Source: Cyclobacteriaceae bacterium (lineage in GTDB: Bacteria; Bacteroidota; Bacteroidia; Cytophagales; Cyclobacteriaceae). Taken from it: a stretch of 64,000 nucleotides of DNA. Below the pieces are notes generated by a model that was not told the origin of the DNA, searched no databases, and saw nothing but the letters and a program-made list of their open reading frames with translations. Both the position numbers and the translations under genes were made by a program. Positions 44,244-53,719 of this stretch are shown here, in pieces (the first letter of the stretch is position 1; every line of letters begins with the position of its first letter). The stretch covers positions 2,495-66,494 of the forward strand of contig BQJT01000002.1 in the NCBI GenBank assembly GCA_021604845.1, read 5' to 3'.

Positions 44244-47195
44244 ATGGTCTCTATAATAAAACTTCTATTAACGATCTCCTTACTGAGCTTTTCAATTGGT
44301 TGCAGCCAGAAAGAAAAAATGATACTGGTATTTAGTAAAACTGAAGGCTATCGACATAATTCCATTGAATCAGGAATTAAGGCCCTGAAAAAATTGGGTG
44401 CCGAAAACGATATTAAAGTTACTGCAACCGAAGATGTGCGTTACATTGAAGAGGATTCACTTATACAATATGCCGCGGTTGTATTTTTGAATACCTCAGG
44501 AGATATTTTGAACTATGAGCAACGAGCCGATCTGGAACGTTACATTCAGGCTGGTGGTGGATTTGTAGGAGTACATGCAGCGGCTAATACGGAATATGAC
44601 TGGCCATGGTACAATCAGTTGGTTGGAGCCTATTTTGATAATCATCCCAAGGTACAGGAAGCTATTATTAAGGTTATCGACAAAAATCATTCGTCCACTT
44701 CTTCCCTGGATAGCATATGGGTAAAAACAGATGAATGGTACAACTTTAGAGATTTCAATCCGAATATAAATGTCGCCCTTGAAGTTGATGGAGAAAGCTT
44801 TGAAGGAGGGAAACACGGAGTACACCACCCAATTTCCTGGTACCACAATTTCGATGGTGGACGTTCATTTTATACAGGTTTAGGCCATACAAATGAAACC
44901 TATTACAGTCCCATCTTTCTAAAACACCTCCTAGGCGGTATCCAATATGCCATGGGGAATAATGCCTTAAATTATCAGCTTTCTACCACGGATCGTGTTC
45001 CCAAAGAGGACCGGTTTGAGCAAACCGTGCTCGATTTTAATTTGAATGAACCGATGGAACTTGATGAGATTCCAGGTAAGGGAATTTTGTTTGTCGAACG
45101 GCGGGGCCTCCTGAAGTTTTACGATTTTAAAACAGAAAGAACCAAGAATCTGGCACAAATGGACGTATTCTATGGACATGAAGAGGGTCTTTTAGGCTTG
45201 GCGGTAGATCCCAACTACCAGGAAAACCATTGGATATATTTGTTTTACTCTGTTGTAGGAGAAGAAAAACAAAATATTTCTCGATTCACACTAAATGATT
45301 TCAAATTGGATATCGCTTCTGAGAAAGTACTACTCTCGATCCCTATTGATAGAGGTGGTAATCACATTGGAGGTGCTTTGGAATTTGGGCCTAAAGGACA
45401 TTTGTTTATAACAGTTGGTGATAATACCATTCCTTTTCAATCTTCTGGTTTTGCACCAATCGACGAGAGGGAAGGAAGATTAATATACGATGCCCAAAAA
45501 TCAGCTGGAAATACCAACGATCTAAGGGGAGCAATTCTAAGGATAAAACCCGAGAAAGACGGAACATATTCCATTCCCGGGAATAATCTTTTTCCCGTAG
45601 GGACACCCAAAACCCGACCAGAAATTTATGTAAAAGGATGTCGAAACCCCTTTAGGGCATCCGTGGACAGCAAGACAGGATACGTTTATTGGGGCGATGT
45701 AGGGCCCGATGCCGGGAAAGCAGACCCCAGTCGTGGCCCGGCTGGCATGGGAGAATTTAACCAGGCCAGAAAACCTGGATTTTGGGGCTGGCCGTATACC
45801 AGGGGGTATAATGAGCCTTATTTTGATTTCGATTTTGCCACAGGTAAGTCAGGTAAGAAATTTGACCCCGATCACCTGATCAATGACTCGCCCAACAATA
45901 CAGGAATGAAACGATTGCCAATAGCTCAAAAATCGATGATTCCAATGACCTATTACCGTTCGAAAGAGTTCCCGTGGATGGGCGAGGGGGGAATAAATCC
46001 AATGGCAGGGCCAGTTTTTCATGCCTCGGATCTGCTTAACGCGCAACAACCGTTCCCCGAATATTTTGAGAGCAAGTTGTTTCTGTACGATTGGATGCGA
46101 AATTGGATCTATGTGGTGACATTGGACGACAGCTGCAGTTATATAAAGGCGGATGCCTTTATGCCTAATACCAAATTTTCGCGGCCGATGGATATGATCT
46201 TTGGATCGGATGGAAATCTATACCTCTTGGAGTATGGTCAAAAATGGAAAACTCAGAACCTCGATGCCAGGCTGAGTCGTATTTCCTATAATCCTGGGAA
46301 TCGAAAACCACTAGCAAAAATCACTCAGAATAGAGCCGTTGGTTCGATACCATTAACCGTTCAGTTTTCAGCGGCGGGATCAAGGGACCCTGAAGGAGAC
46401 CCCTTGTTCTATCAATGGTCATTTACTAATGATGACGTGCAGTCCACCGAAATCAACCCAACTTTTACTTTTACCGAACCTGGGCATTATACCATACGCT
46501 TAAAGGTTACGGATGCCCAAGGCGAAACCACCGCTACCCGTAGTAAGATCCTGGCGGGCAATGATGTGCCTCAATTGAGCATTCATATTGAGCCTTGGGA
46601 TACTGTTTATCGATATGATAAAATAATAAAGTACACAGTTATTGTCAATGATAGACAAGACGGAAGTACAAAGGACGGTACCATAGATGCCAGTAAAGTT
46701 ACTGTGACCTTTAATTTTGTTCCTGAAGGCAGGGATATAGTGCAAGCCACTTTAGGCCATCAAAGTAATCCAGCACTAGAGGGTAAGCAGATTATAGATG
46801 AAACAGATTGCAAGGGCTGTCATGCAGTGTCTGAAAAGATAAGCGGCCCCAGTTATGCGGAAATAGCAAAAAAGTATACTGAAACTGATAAAGATTATCT
46901 CATAGCCAAGATAATCAAGGGAGGAGCAGGAGTTTGGGGAGAGAATCCCATGTCTGCTCATCCACAATTGCGGTTGGAAGATGTAAGTAAAATAGTGGAT
47001 TATATCCTCTCAATATTACCAACCAAAGCGACACTTGAATCATTGCCTTTGGAAGGTACTATATCGTTTAATGAACACATCAAGAATAATACGGAAGGTT
47101 CCTATGTACTCATGGCTTCATATTTGGATAATGGTATTACCGGACAAGAAGGCACCCAACTTATGGTCAGTGAGCAGATCGTATTTAACAAGTAA
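44244..47195 (+). CDS. Four-module fusion protein: ThuA-like domain + PQQ-dependent sugar dehydrogenase-like beta-propeller + PKD domain + c-type cytochrome
   Basis: 983 aa. ThuA module: ILVFSKTEGYRHNSI. Sugar dehydrogenase module: GLLGLAVDPNY. PKD module: PLTVQFSAAGSRDPEGDPLFYQWSF. Heme site: CKGCH. Confidence 0.85.
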   Translation: MVSIIKLLLTISLLSFSIGCSQKEKMILVFSKTEGYRHNSIESGIKALKKLGAENDIKVTATEDVRYIEEDSLIQYAAVVFLNTSGDILNYEQRADLERYIQAGGGFVGVHAAANTEYDWPWYNQLVGAYFDNHPKVQEAIIKVIDKNHSSTSSLDSIWVKTDEWYNFRDFNPNINVALEVDGESFEGGKHGVHHPISWYHNFDGGRSFYTGLGHTNETYYSPIFLKHLLGGIQYAMGNNALNYQLSTTDRVPKEDRFEQTVLDFNLNEPMELDEIPGKGILFVERRGLLKFYDFKTERTKNLAQMDVFYGHEEGLLGLAVDPNYQENHWIYLFYSVVGEEKQNISRFTLNDFKLDIASEKVLLSIPIDRGGNHIGGALEFGPKGHLFITVGDNTIPFQSSGFAPIDEREGRLIYDAQKSAGNTNDLRGAILRIKPEKDGTYSIPGNNLFPVGTPKTRPEIYVKGCRNPFRASVDSKTGYVYWGDVGPDAGKADPSRGPAGMGEFNQARKPGFWGWPYTRGYNEPYFDFDFATGKSGKKFDPDHLINDSPNNTGMKRLPIAQKSMIPMTYYRSKEFPWMGEGGINPMAGPVFHASDLLNAQQPFPEYFESKLFLYDWMRNWIYVVTLDDSCSYIKADAFMPNTKFSRPMDMIFGSDGNLYLLEYGQKWKTQNLDARLSRISYNPGNRKPLAKITQNRAVGSIPLTVQFSAAGSRDPEGDPLFYQWSFTNDDVQSTEINPTFTFTEPGHYTIRLKVTDAQGETTATRSKILAGNDVPQLSIHIEPWDTVYRYDKIIKYTVIVNDRQDGSTKDGTIDASKVTVTFNFVPEGRDIVQATLGHQSNPALEGKQIIDETDCKGCHAVSEKISGPSYAEIAKKYTETDKDYLIAKIIKGGAGVWGENPMSAHPQLRLEDVSKIVDYILSILPTKATLESLPLEGTISFNEHIKNNTEGSYVLMASYLDNGITGQEGTQLMVSEQIVFNK

Positions 47196-47496
47196 AAAGT
47201 CACCATGAACGTTTAGTAAATGCTATTTCTAAACCCGGATTCTTACAACTTGCAAATTGGGGCTAATTGCAGTAAGAAGCTGTAAAACTGCAATATTCTG
47301 TAGCCATTTCGGAATTACCGTACTCTATAAAGTTAAATGGAGAAGCATGTCTAAAGATCAAACAGGAAACTCTCTATTCTAAATAAGTAGAGCCTTTAAC
47401 ACAACTTCTAGAACAATAAAATCAAGACAAGCGAACCGTTCCCCTTGTACAGAACAATTTACCCGCTAGAGTAGACCCAAATAAAAATATGAGATT

Positions 47497-49971
47497 ATGA
47501 TTTTTAAACCAATGTTCAAGATGCTTTTTACCTCAACGGTATTCATCATTCTGTTTCAATCGTGTACAGATGACCAGTCAAACAGTAGGCACCCGTTAGA
47601 ATTAGAAGAAGGCAGTTATTTATTATCGAATGGGTGGAAGCTTTCTCCTGCAGGTAGAGAGGTTGATCTAGGAGGGCTACCGCTTAACGTGGCCATAGTT
47701 CCTGATGGACTTTATGCGGTAGTAACAAGTAATGGTTATACTGACCATTTCTTGGCTTTGGTAGATTTGGAGGAGGAAAAAATTGTTGACCGTGAATTGA
47801 TTACCAGGGGATGGATTGGTTTGGATGTAAGTAAAGAAAATGGATTAGTGTATGCATCTGCGGGAGGTGAAGATCGAATTTTGATATACACAATTGAGAA
47901 TCAACAATTGTTAAAATCTGGTGAGATTTCACTTCCAAAGGGGAGCTACCCAACAGGCATAACTATCCCTGAGGAAGGTAAATACCTATATGTGGTTGGA
48001 AATCATTCTAGTATGCTCTATCAAGTTGACTTGGAAACGAACAAAGTTGCTTCATCCTGGGAAGTCGGGATTACACCGTATGCCTGCAGTATATCCTCTA
48101 ATTCAAAAACAGCATATATTAGCAACTGGGGTGAGAATTCAGTCTCAATAATTGATCTAACCCAGTCCGGGAATGAGAATAAAATATTAGTTAAGGATCA
48201 CCCAAATGATTTATTGCTAAGCAAAAAGGAAGACTATCTATATGTTGCTAGTGGAAATTGGAATACAGTAAGCGTAATTGATTTAAGCAAGAATTTCGTA
48301 GTCGAGGAAATCGAGGTATCACTCCATCCCGGTGCACCTGCAGGGAGTACTCCAAATGCGCTTGCACTAAGTGATGATGGGAGGATATTGTATGTAGCCA
48401 ACGCAGACAATAACTGCATTGCATTAATCGATGTTTCGGATTCAGGTAACAGTAACCCTATTGGCTATATTCCAACTGGATGGTATCCAACATCAGTTGC
48501 TATCTCGGAGAACGGAAAGAAAATGATAGTTGCCAATGGTAAGGGAAGTACATCAAGTCCAAGCGGGGATAAATCAAACAACCTTCCCGGAGGGAATATT
48601 CGTGAAGTTTTGGAGGGGACAGTTTCATTTATAGATATTCCGAATAACCAAGAATTAGCAGAATACTCCGTTCAAGTTTATCGCAACTCTCCCTATGAGA
48701 ATCGCAATCAATTCAAGCCACCCTTTAAGTTAGCAGAAGACTGTCCCATCGAATACGTTTTTTATATTATAAAGGAAAATAGAACCTATGACCAGATATT
48801 CGGTGATATGGAAATCGGTAATGGGGACCCTAATTATTGCTATTTCCCGGAAGAAGTCACCCCCAATCATCATGCTTTAGCCAGGGAGTTTGTCCTGTTT
48901 GATAATTTTTATCACGATGCCGAGGTAAGTATGGATGGGCATTTTTGGGTCACTGCTGGCTATGCAACAGATTATGTTGAAAAATTTTGGCCCGGTATTT
49001 ATGGCCGAAAAGGCAATCCAAGACTTTACGTTCATGATGATTCTATAGCCTATCCTAGTAGTGGATTTCTGTGGGATCGTTGCGCTGAATATGGCATTAC
49101 TTACCGGAGTTACGGTGAGTTTGCCCGTGTATGGATTCCTGATGGAGATGAAAAGTACCCTTCATTTGATAATCTGAAGAATAAACGGTTTAGTTGGTCA
49201 CAGGAAGATTATGAGAAAGGAATGAGGATCAGACCTGCAACACCTAGTCTTGAAGGACATTATCACCCCAAGTACGCCGGATCCGATTATATTCAGGGCA
49301 TGTCAGATTCAGAACGGTTTGATATATGGCTGGAGGAGTTTAAAACTTTTAAAGAAGCAGGTGAGATGCCAAAATTTACTGTACTCTCACTACCAGGTGA
49401 CCACTTGCTAGGAACTCGTCCAGGGGTTCAGACCCCGCGAGCAATGATGGCCGAGAACGATTTCATTCTCGGAAAGATGGTTGAAGAAATTAGTAATAGC
49501 CCATTTTGGGAAAAAACAGCGATTTTCGTTATAGAAGACGATCCACAAGCAGGCCCCGACCATGTGGACTGTCATCGGACAGTGGCCTTGACAATCAGTC
49601 CATACACTAGAAGAGGAATCGTTGACTCAACCATGTATTCATCATCGAGTATGTTAAGAACAATGGAAGAAATTCTTGGCCTACCACCCCTATCTCAATA
49701 TGACGCTTATGCTACTCCTATGTGGAATGCATTTCAATCGAAACCAAATTTTAAACCCTATACCGCATTAATGAATCGAATTCCTTTGGATGAACTGAAT
49801 ACAGAAAAATCCTATGGTGCAGAGCTGTCTAAAGAATTACCAATTGAGCAGGCAGATGTTGCTCCAGATGACGTTTATAGTAAATTATTGTGGCATGCTA
49901 TTATGGGGGTTGATAGGTCATTTCCGCCAAGGAAAAGAGCCACTTTCGTTATTGGAATTGATCGCGATTGA
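47497..49971 (+). CDS. Fusion of a YncE-like beta-propeller and a phosphoesterase (phospholipase C / acid phosphatase family)
   Basis: 824 aa. The N-terminal half has repeated LYV..N..N.VSVIDL-type propeller blades. The C-terminal half has IKENRTYDQIFGD and VIEDDPQAGPDHVDCHR, as in PLC/AcpA-type phosphoesterases. Confidence 0.82.
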   Translation: MIFKPMFKMLFTSTVFIILFQSCTDDQSNSRHPLELEEGSYLLSNGWKLSPAGREVDLGGLPLNVAIVPDGLYAVVTSNGYTDHFLALVDLEEEKIVDRELITRGWIGLDVSKENGLVYASAGGEDRILIYTIENQQLLKSGEISLPKGSYPTGITIPEEGKYLYVVGNHSSMLYQVDLETNKVASSWEVGITPYACSISSNSKTAYISNWGENSVSIIDLTQSGNENKILVKDHPNDLLLSKKEDYLYVASGNWNTVSVIDLSKNFVVEEIEVSLHPGAPAGSTPNALALSDDGRILYVANADNNCIALIDVSDSGNSNPIGYIPTGWYPTSVAISENGKKMIVANGKGSTSSPSGDKSNNLPGGNIREVLEGTVSFIDIPNNQELAEYSVQVYRNSPYENRNQFKPPFKLAEDCPIEYVFYIIKENRTYDQIFGDMEIGNGDPNYCYFPEEVTPNHHALAREFVLFDNFYHDAEVSMDGHFWVTAGYATDYVEKFWPGIYGRKGNPRLYVHDDSIAYPSSGFLWDRCAEYGITYRSYGEFARVWIPDGDEKYPSFDNLKNKRFSWSQEDYEKGMRIRPATPSLEGHYHPKYAGSDYIQGMSDSERFDIWLEEFKTFKEAGEMPKFTVLSLPGDHLLGTRPGVQTPRAMMAENDFILGKMVEEISNSPFWEKTAIFVIEDDPQAGPDHVDCHRTVALTISPYTRRGIVDSTMYSSSSMLRTMEEILGLPPLSQYDAYATPMWNAFQSKPNFKPYTALMNRIPLDELNTEKSYGAELSKELPIEQADVAPDDVYSKLLWHAIMGVDRSFPPRKRATFVIGIDRD

Positions 49972-49990
49972 ATGTGTTAATCGTCAGTAA

Positions 49991-52066
49991 ATGAGTAAGC
50001 ATATCATGAAAATCGGAACTGCCTCAGTACCACTGCTATTTGCTTTCATTAGCGAAGTGAGTGCAATGGCAATCGAAGATTCAGTTAGACGGGATACAAC
50101 TATTACAACAATTTTTCTAAACCAGGAGGTAATTGTGACTGCTACCCGTCAAAAAAGCAGAGTCTTCCTTTATCCAGAAGCCGTTTCAGTGCTGAACCAA
50201 GAAAATCTTTCGCTTTTGGCGCCAATGTCAATGCCAGAAACTTTGACGTACTTGCCAGGTATTTGGATGCAAAAAACCAATCACGGAGGCGGTTCACCCT
50301 ATTTACGTGGGTTAACCGGTTATCATACCTTATTGCTTATCGACGGCATCAGGTTCAATAACACAACCTTCCGTTCAGGTCCCAATCAATACCTTAATAC
50401 CATCGATCCATTGATGACGGATCGGATTGAAACCATTCGGGGACAAGGTTCAGTACAATATGGTAGCGATGCAATCGGTGGGGTAGTGCATATTCTAAGT
50501 AAAAAACCACAATTCTCTTTTACTGGACTGGACTGGACTGGAAAATTATATACGAAATTTCTCAGTTCCAATATGGAGAGTACCGGTCGAGTGTCACTAG
50601 GAATGAGTGCTGAGAGAACGGCATTTTCAGCTGGGTATACTAGTAAAAAATTAGGTGATATCAAAGCCGGGGGCAATCTGGGAACATTGGAACCAACCGG
50701 GTATGATGAGAATTCAATAGATTTTAAATTGTTGCAAAAGATTACACCTAAACAAATACTTACTATTGCCTATCAAAGACATTCACAAAAGCATGTTCCG
50801 TTGTATCACCAAATTGTAAGCGGAGAATATGAATTGTACCATTTTGACAAGCAGGAAAGGGACCTAGCATATATAAAATGGGATTTTGCTACAAATAGCA
50901 AAATGTTCAAAGAGGTTCGTTTCATCCAATCACTACAGCATACACTTGAAAGAAGATCGAAACGGAAAACTAATGAAGTTATAACCCAAAAAGATGAAGA
51001 CAAAGTGACGACAATAGGTACCGTAGTTGAAATTATTTCCAACGCCACACCGACTTGGAGTATTTCATCAGGCGTTGACTTTTACTATGATAAAGTGCTC
51101 AGTTCAACATCTGAACATTCCAATATTAATCCAACAAAAAATTATAGAGGTTTATACCCGGATAACTCCTCCGATATGAGTTTTGCGGCTTTTTCGCTGC
51201 ACACTGTCGAACTTAGACGGTTCAACTTATCATTTGGTGGCAGGTATGACGCGACCTGGTTGGAGATTGATGATGCTATTTTTGGAGAAACCATTATTAG
51301 CCCCACTGCATTGGTAGGAAATGCCAGTTTAGTGTATAAGTTGAATTCAAAAGTCAACTTAACAGGGTTAGTGAATACAGGTTTTCGGGCTCCGAACCTA
51401 AATGATGTGTCAAGTTTTGGAATAGCGGATTTCAGATATGAGGTACCCAATTTTGACTTAGAGCCTGAAAAGTCAATTAGTCTAGAGGTTGGAGTAAAAT
51501 CGAACGCGGACAGATTTTCTTCTAATTTCTATTTGTTCCGAACGGATTTAAAAGATTTGATCGCTAACGTACCAGCAACATACAACAATCAAAATACAAT
51601 TGATGGAGTTCAAGTCTATCAAAGAGAAAACGTTGGAAATGCTGTGATTTATGGTATAGAGTCAGATATAGAATATCTACTTACATCAACTATATACATA
51701 CGGGGTAATATCAACTATACTTTTGGGAAAAACATTAACAGTGGAAAACCTATGAGGCGAATTCCTCCGCTTTATGGGAGTGCTGACATTTCTTATGACA
51801 CAAATTTTAAAGTAAGGATTTTTGCCCGATGGTCATTCGCGGGTAAGCAAGATCGTTTATCCCCAGGAGATATTGCAGATAACAGAATTGCCGTGGACGG
51901 TACTAATGGATGGAATAATTTTGATTTGAGTGTGCATTATCTACGAAACCATTTCCAGATCCAGACTGGCATAAACAACCTGTTCGATGAAGGCTATCGA
52001 ATGCATGGTTCCGGTGTGGATGGAATTGGTAGAAGTTTTTGGCTATCGTTAGTTTTGAATAAGTGA
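49991..52066 (+). CDS. TonB-dependent receptor (not SusC-type)
   Basis: 691 aa with a TonB-box-like EVIVTATR. The plug is IETIRGQGSVQYGSDAIGGVVHI. The beta-barrel half is rich in alternating aromatic residues. Confidence 0.88.
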   Translation: MSKHIMKIGTASVPLLFAFISEVSAMAIEDSVRRDTTITTIFLNQEVIVTATRQKSRVFLYPEAVSVLNQENLSLLAPMSMPETLTYLPGIWMQKTNHGGGSPYLRGLTGYHTLLLIDGIRFNNTTFRSGPNQYLNTIDPLMTDRIETIRGQGSVQYGSDAIGGVVHILSKKPQFSFTGLDWTGKLYTKFLSSNMESTGRVSLGMSAERTAFSAGYTSKKLGDIKAGGNLGTLEPTGYDENSIDFKLLQKITPKQILTIAYQRHSQKHVPLYHQIVSGEYELYHFDKQERDLAYIKWDFATNSKMFKEVRFIQSLQHTLERRSKRKTNEVITQKDEDKVTTIGTVVEIISNATPTWSISSGVDFYYDKVLSSTSEHSNINPTKNYRGLYPDNSSDMSFAAFSLHTVELRRFNLSFGGRYDATWLEIDDAIFGETIISPTALVGNASLVYKLNSKVNLTGLVNTGFRAPNLNDVSSFGIADFRYEVPNFDLEPEKSISLEVGVKSNADRFSSNFYLFRTDLKDLIANVPATYNNQNTIDGVQVYQRENVGNAVIYGIESDIEYLLTSTIYIRGNINYTFGKNINSGKPMRRIPPLYGSADISYDTNFKVRIFARWSFAGKQDRLSPGDIADNRIAVDGTNGWNNFDLSVHYLRNHFQIQTGINNLFDEGYRMHGSGVDGIGRSFWLSLVLNK

Positions 52067-52362
52067 ATAATTCCTTAGTTTCTCAAATAGTGAAAGATGA
52101 TTTCATTGAAGAACATTTTATGGGCATCGAGGGTGATAGGCAAGATAATCCAAATCGTTGGACAATGGGATTTCCCGATTTGAACTCCTAATGGTTGCAG
52201 AAAGGCGAGAGAAGTAGCAAATGCTAACCGGGGAGAGGATTTTGGGGTCAGCTTACTCAGAGTCACTCATTTAAGAGCAACTGCCGGAGATTCTGCCTTG
52301 TTTTCCCTAGAATTTACTGGCCGATTTTGTGGCGGCAGACTTGTGCAAGAAATTGCTGTAAA

Positions 52363-52436
52363 TAATTAATCTAAAGTCACTCACTTACCAACAAAAAAGC
52401 CCGACACAATGTGTCAGGCTTTCCTTCGTAGCGGGG
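52363..52436. repeat. Direct repeat DR2: truncated att copy (terminator region plus only the last 8 nt of the tRNA)
   Basis: TAATTAA...ACTTACCAACAAAAAAGCCCGACACAATGTGTCAGGCTTTCCTTCGTAGCGGGG matches DR1/DR3 with a 4-nt indel. Homology stops at 52436, where integrase-internal sequence begins. Confidence 0.78.
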
Positions 52437-52438
52437 AA

Positions 52439-52935
52439 GGCTACAATTCGCCTTCTATTTTGCAGGGATTCGGATTACTGATGTGCTTTGCATGAGATGG
52501 CTGGACTTCAAAGATGATAGACTACAATACGTGATGCACAAGAACAACAAACCAGTGTCATTAAAGATACCCGAGAAAGCCAAGGCCAGTTTGAAATTCT
52601 ATGAACAAGAAAAAAAAGCTTCAAATGATTTTATCTTTCCGGATCTCAAAAAGGCCAATCCTAGATACAAGCGGGATCTATTTATAAAAACGCGCACGGC
52701 AACTAAACGATTTAACAATTACCTCAAACAGATTGCAACTCTAGCCAAAATTGATAAGAGTCTAAGCAATCATATAGCCCGTCATTCTTTTGCAAATATT
52801 GCCGGTGATAAGATACACCCTTTAATGCTGCAGAAACTTTATCGTCACTCTGATTTGAAAACCACCATAAATTACCAGGCAAATTTTATTCATAAGGAGG
52901 CTGATGAGGCGTTGGATAGTGTGGTGGATTTTTAG
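52439..52935 (+). pseudogene. 3' remnant of a tyrosine integrase (corresponds to about residues 240-405 of the intact copy)
   Basis: The tracked 150-aa ORF (52483-52935) differs from the C-terminus of the 8619-9836 integrase at 14 of 149 aligned residues by my count. DNA homology (FAFYFAGIRITDVL) starts at about 52439, directly abutting the att remnant. The N-terminal two-thirds are absent. Confidence 0.88.
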
Positions 52936-53137
52936 TGCTATTTAACGTTTAATTTTCCGATAAATCATTGCCAAGGAACAAGTACTGGATTTGTATTTCA
53001 AGGTATAATGATTTTACTTACAAGTTGTAACTAATCCAAAACCTGACATTAAACAGTTACCTAGTTTAGTAGCTCGATTAGCTCAAGCAGATACCGAGGC
53101 TTTCAGTGAAGTTTACAGGCAGAATTACAACCGGCTA

Positions 53138-53590
53138 ATGCGTTATGGGTTAATCATACACCGCGATACCAACGTAGTGGCGGATGTAATACAGGAATTG
53201 TTTGTGTGGTTGTTGCAGAATCCATCTAGCGTAAAAAATATTAAGAACCTTGAGTTATATTTATTCAAATCACTCAAAAGAAACCTGTTGCGTTACCGAG
53301 CGGACCATGCCCATCTAACGAATTTTCCTTTGCACGAAAATCCTGAATATTTAGACTTTACTATTGAAGATCGTATAATTCAACAAGAGACCAAGGGTCA
53401 ACAAAGAAAATTATTATACAAAGAATTAAATAATCTTCCACCCAAACAAAAAGAGGTCATTTACCTTCGTTACTATGAGAGCCTGACCTATGAAGAAATC
53501 GCCGATATTCTCTCAACCAATAATCAGGTAGTACGCAACTACGTATCCAGGGCACTAACTCAATTGAGAAAGTCACTAGATTCCTACTAG
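53138..53590 (+). CDS. ECF-type sigma-70 factor, apparently N-terminally disrupted (see findings)
   Basis: 150 aa from the first ATG. Region 2 is VADVIQELFVWLL. Region 4 is LPPKQKEVIYLRYYESLTYEEIADILSTNNQVVRNYVSRALTQL. The expected N-terminal segment (..LAQADTEAF) is encoded upstream in another frame. Confidence 0.7.
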   Translation: MRYGLIIHRDTNVVADVIQELFVWLLQNPSSVKNIKNLELYLFKSLKRNLLRYRADHAHLTNFPLHENPEYLDFTIEDRIIQQETKGQQRKLLYKELNNLPPKQKEVIYLRYYESLTYEEIADILSTNNQVVRNYVSRALTQLRKSLDSY

Positions 53591-53719
53591 GGTAGTAAAT
53601 TTTTTAAATAAAAATTCTACTCAAAAGGTTACAGATAGCCTTTGGCTGCATCTTATATGAAAGGATCAGGCCATGTTGCTTGACATTTTGGAAATTTTGA
53701 AAAGATATCTCATTAATCA

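Larger units (their letters stand above)
8451..52436. mobile_element. Island A (about 44 kb) with an intact tyrosine integrase
   Basis: It lies between DR1 (8345-8450) and the truncated DR2 (52363-52436). The integrase is at 8619-9836. Confidence 0.65.

Noticed and set aside
47196-47496. Possible riboswitch or sRNA in the 300-nt leader before the propeller/phosphoesterase gene
   Set aside because: Only a short 6-bp stem (TTGCAG...CTGCAA) was seen, with no conserved riboswitch core that I recognise. The region is AT-rich with only tiny ORFs.
52075-52266. 63-aa minus-strand ORF in the gap between the TonB receptor and DR2
   Set aside because: It has no motif, and it sits in what looks like eroded island-end DNA. 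A plus-strand fragment (VKDDFIEEHFMGIEGDRQDNPNRW...) is equally unconvincing. Both are treated as non-coding or remnants.
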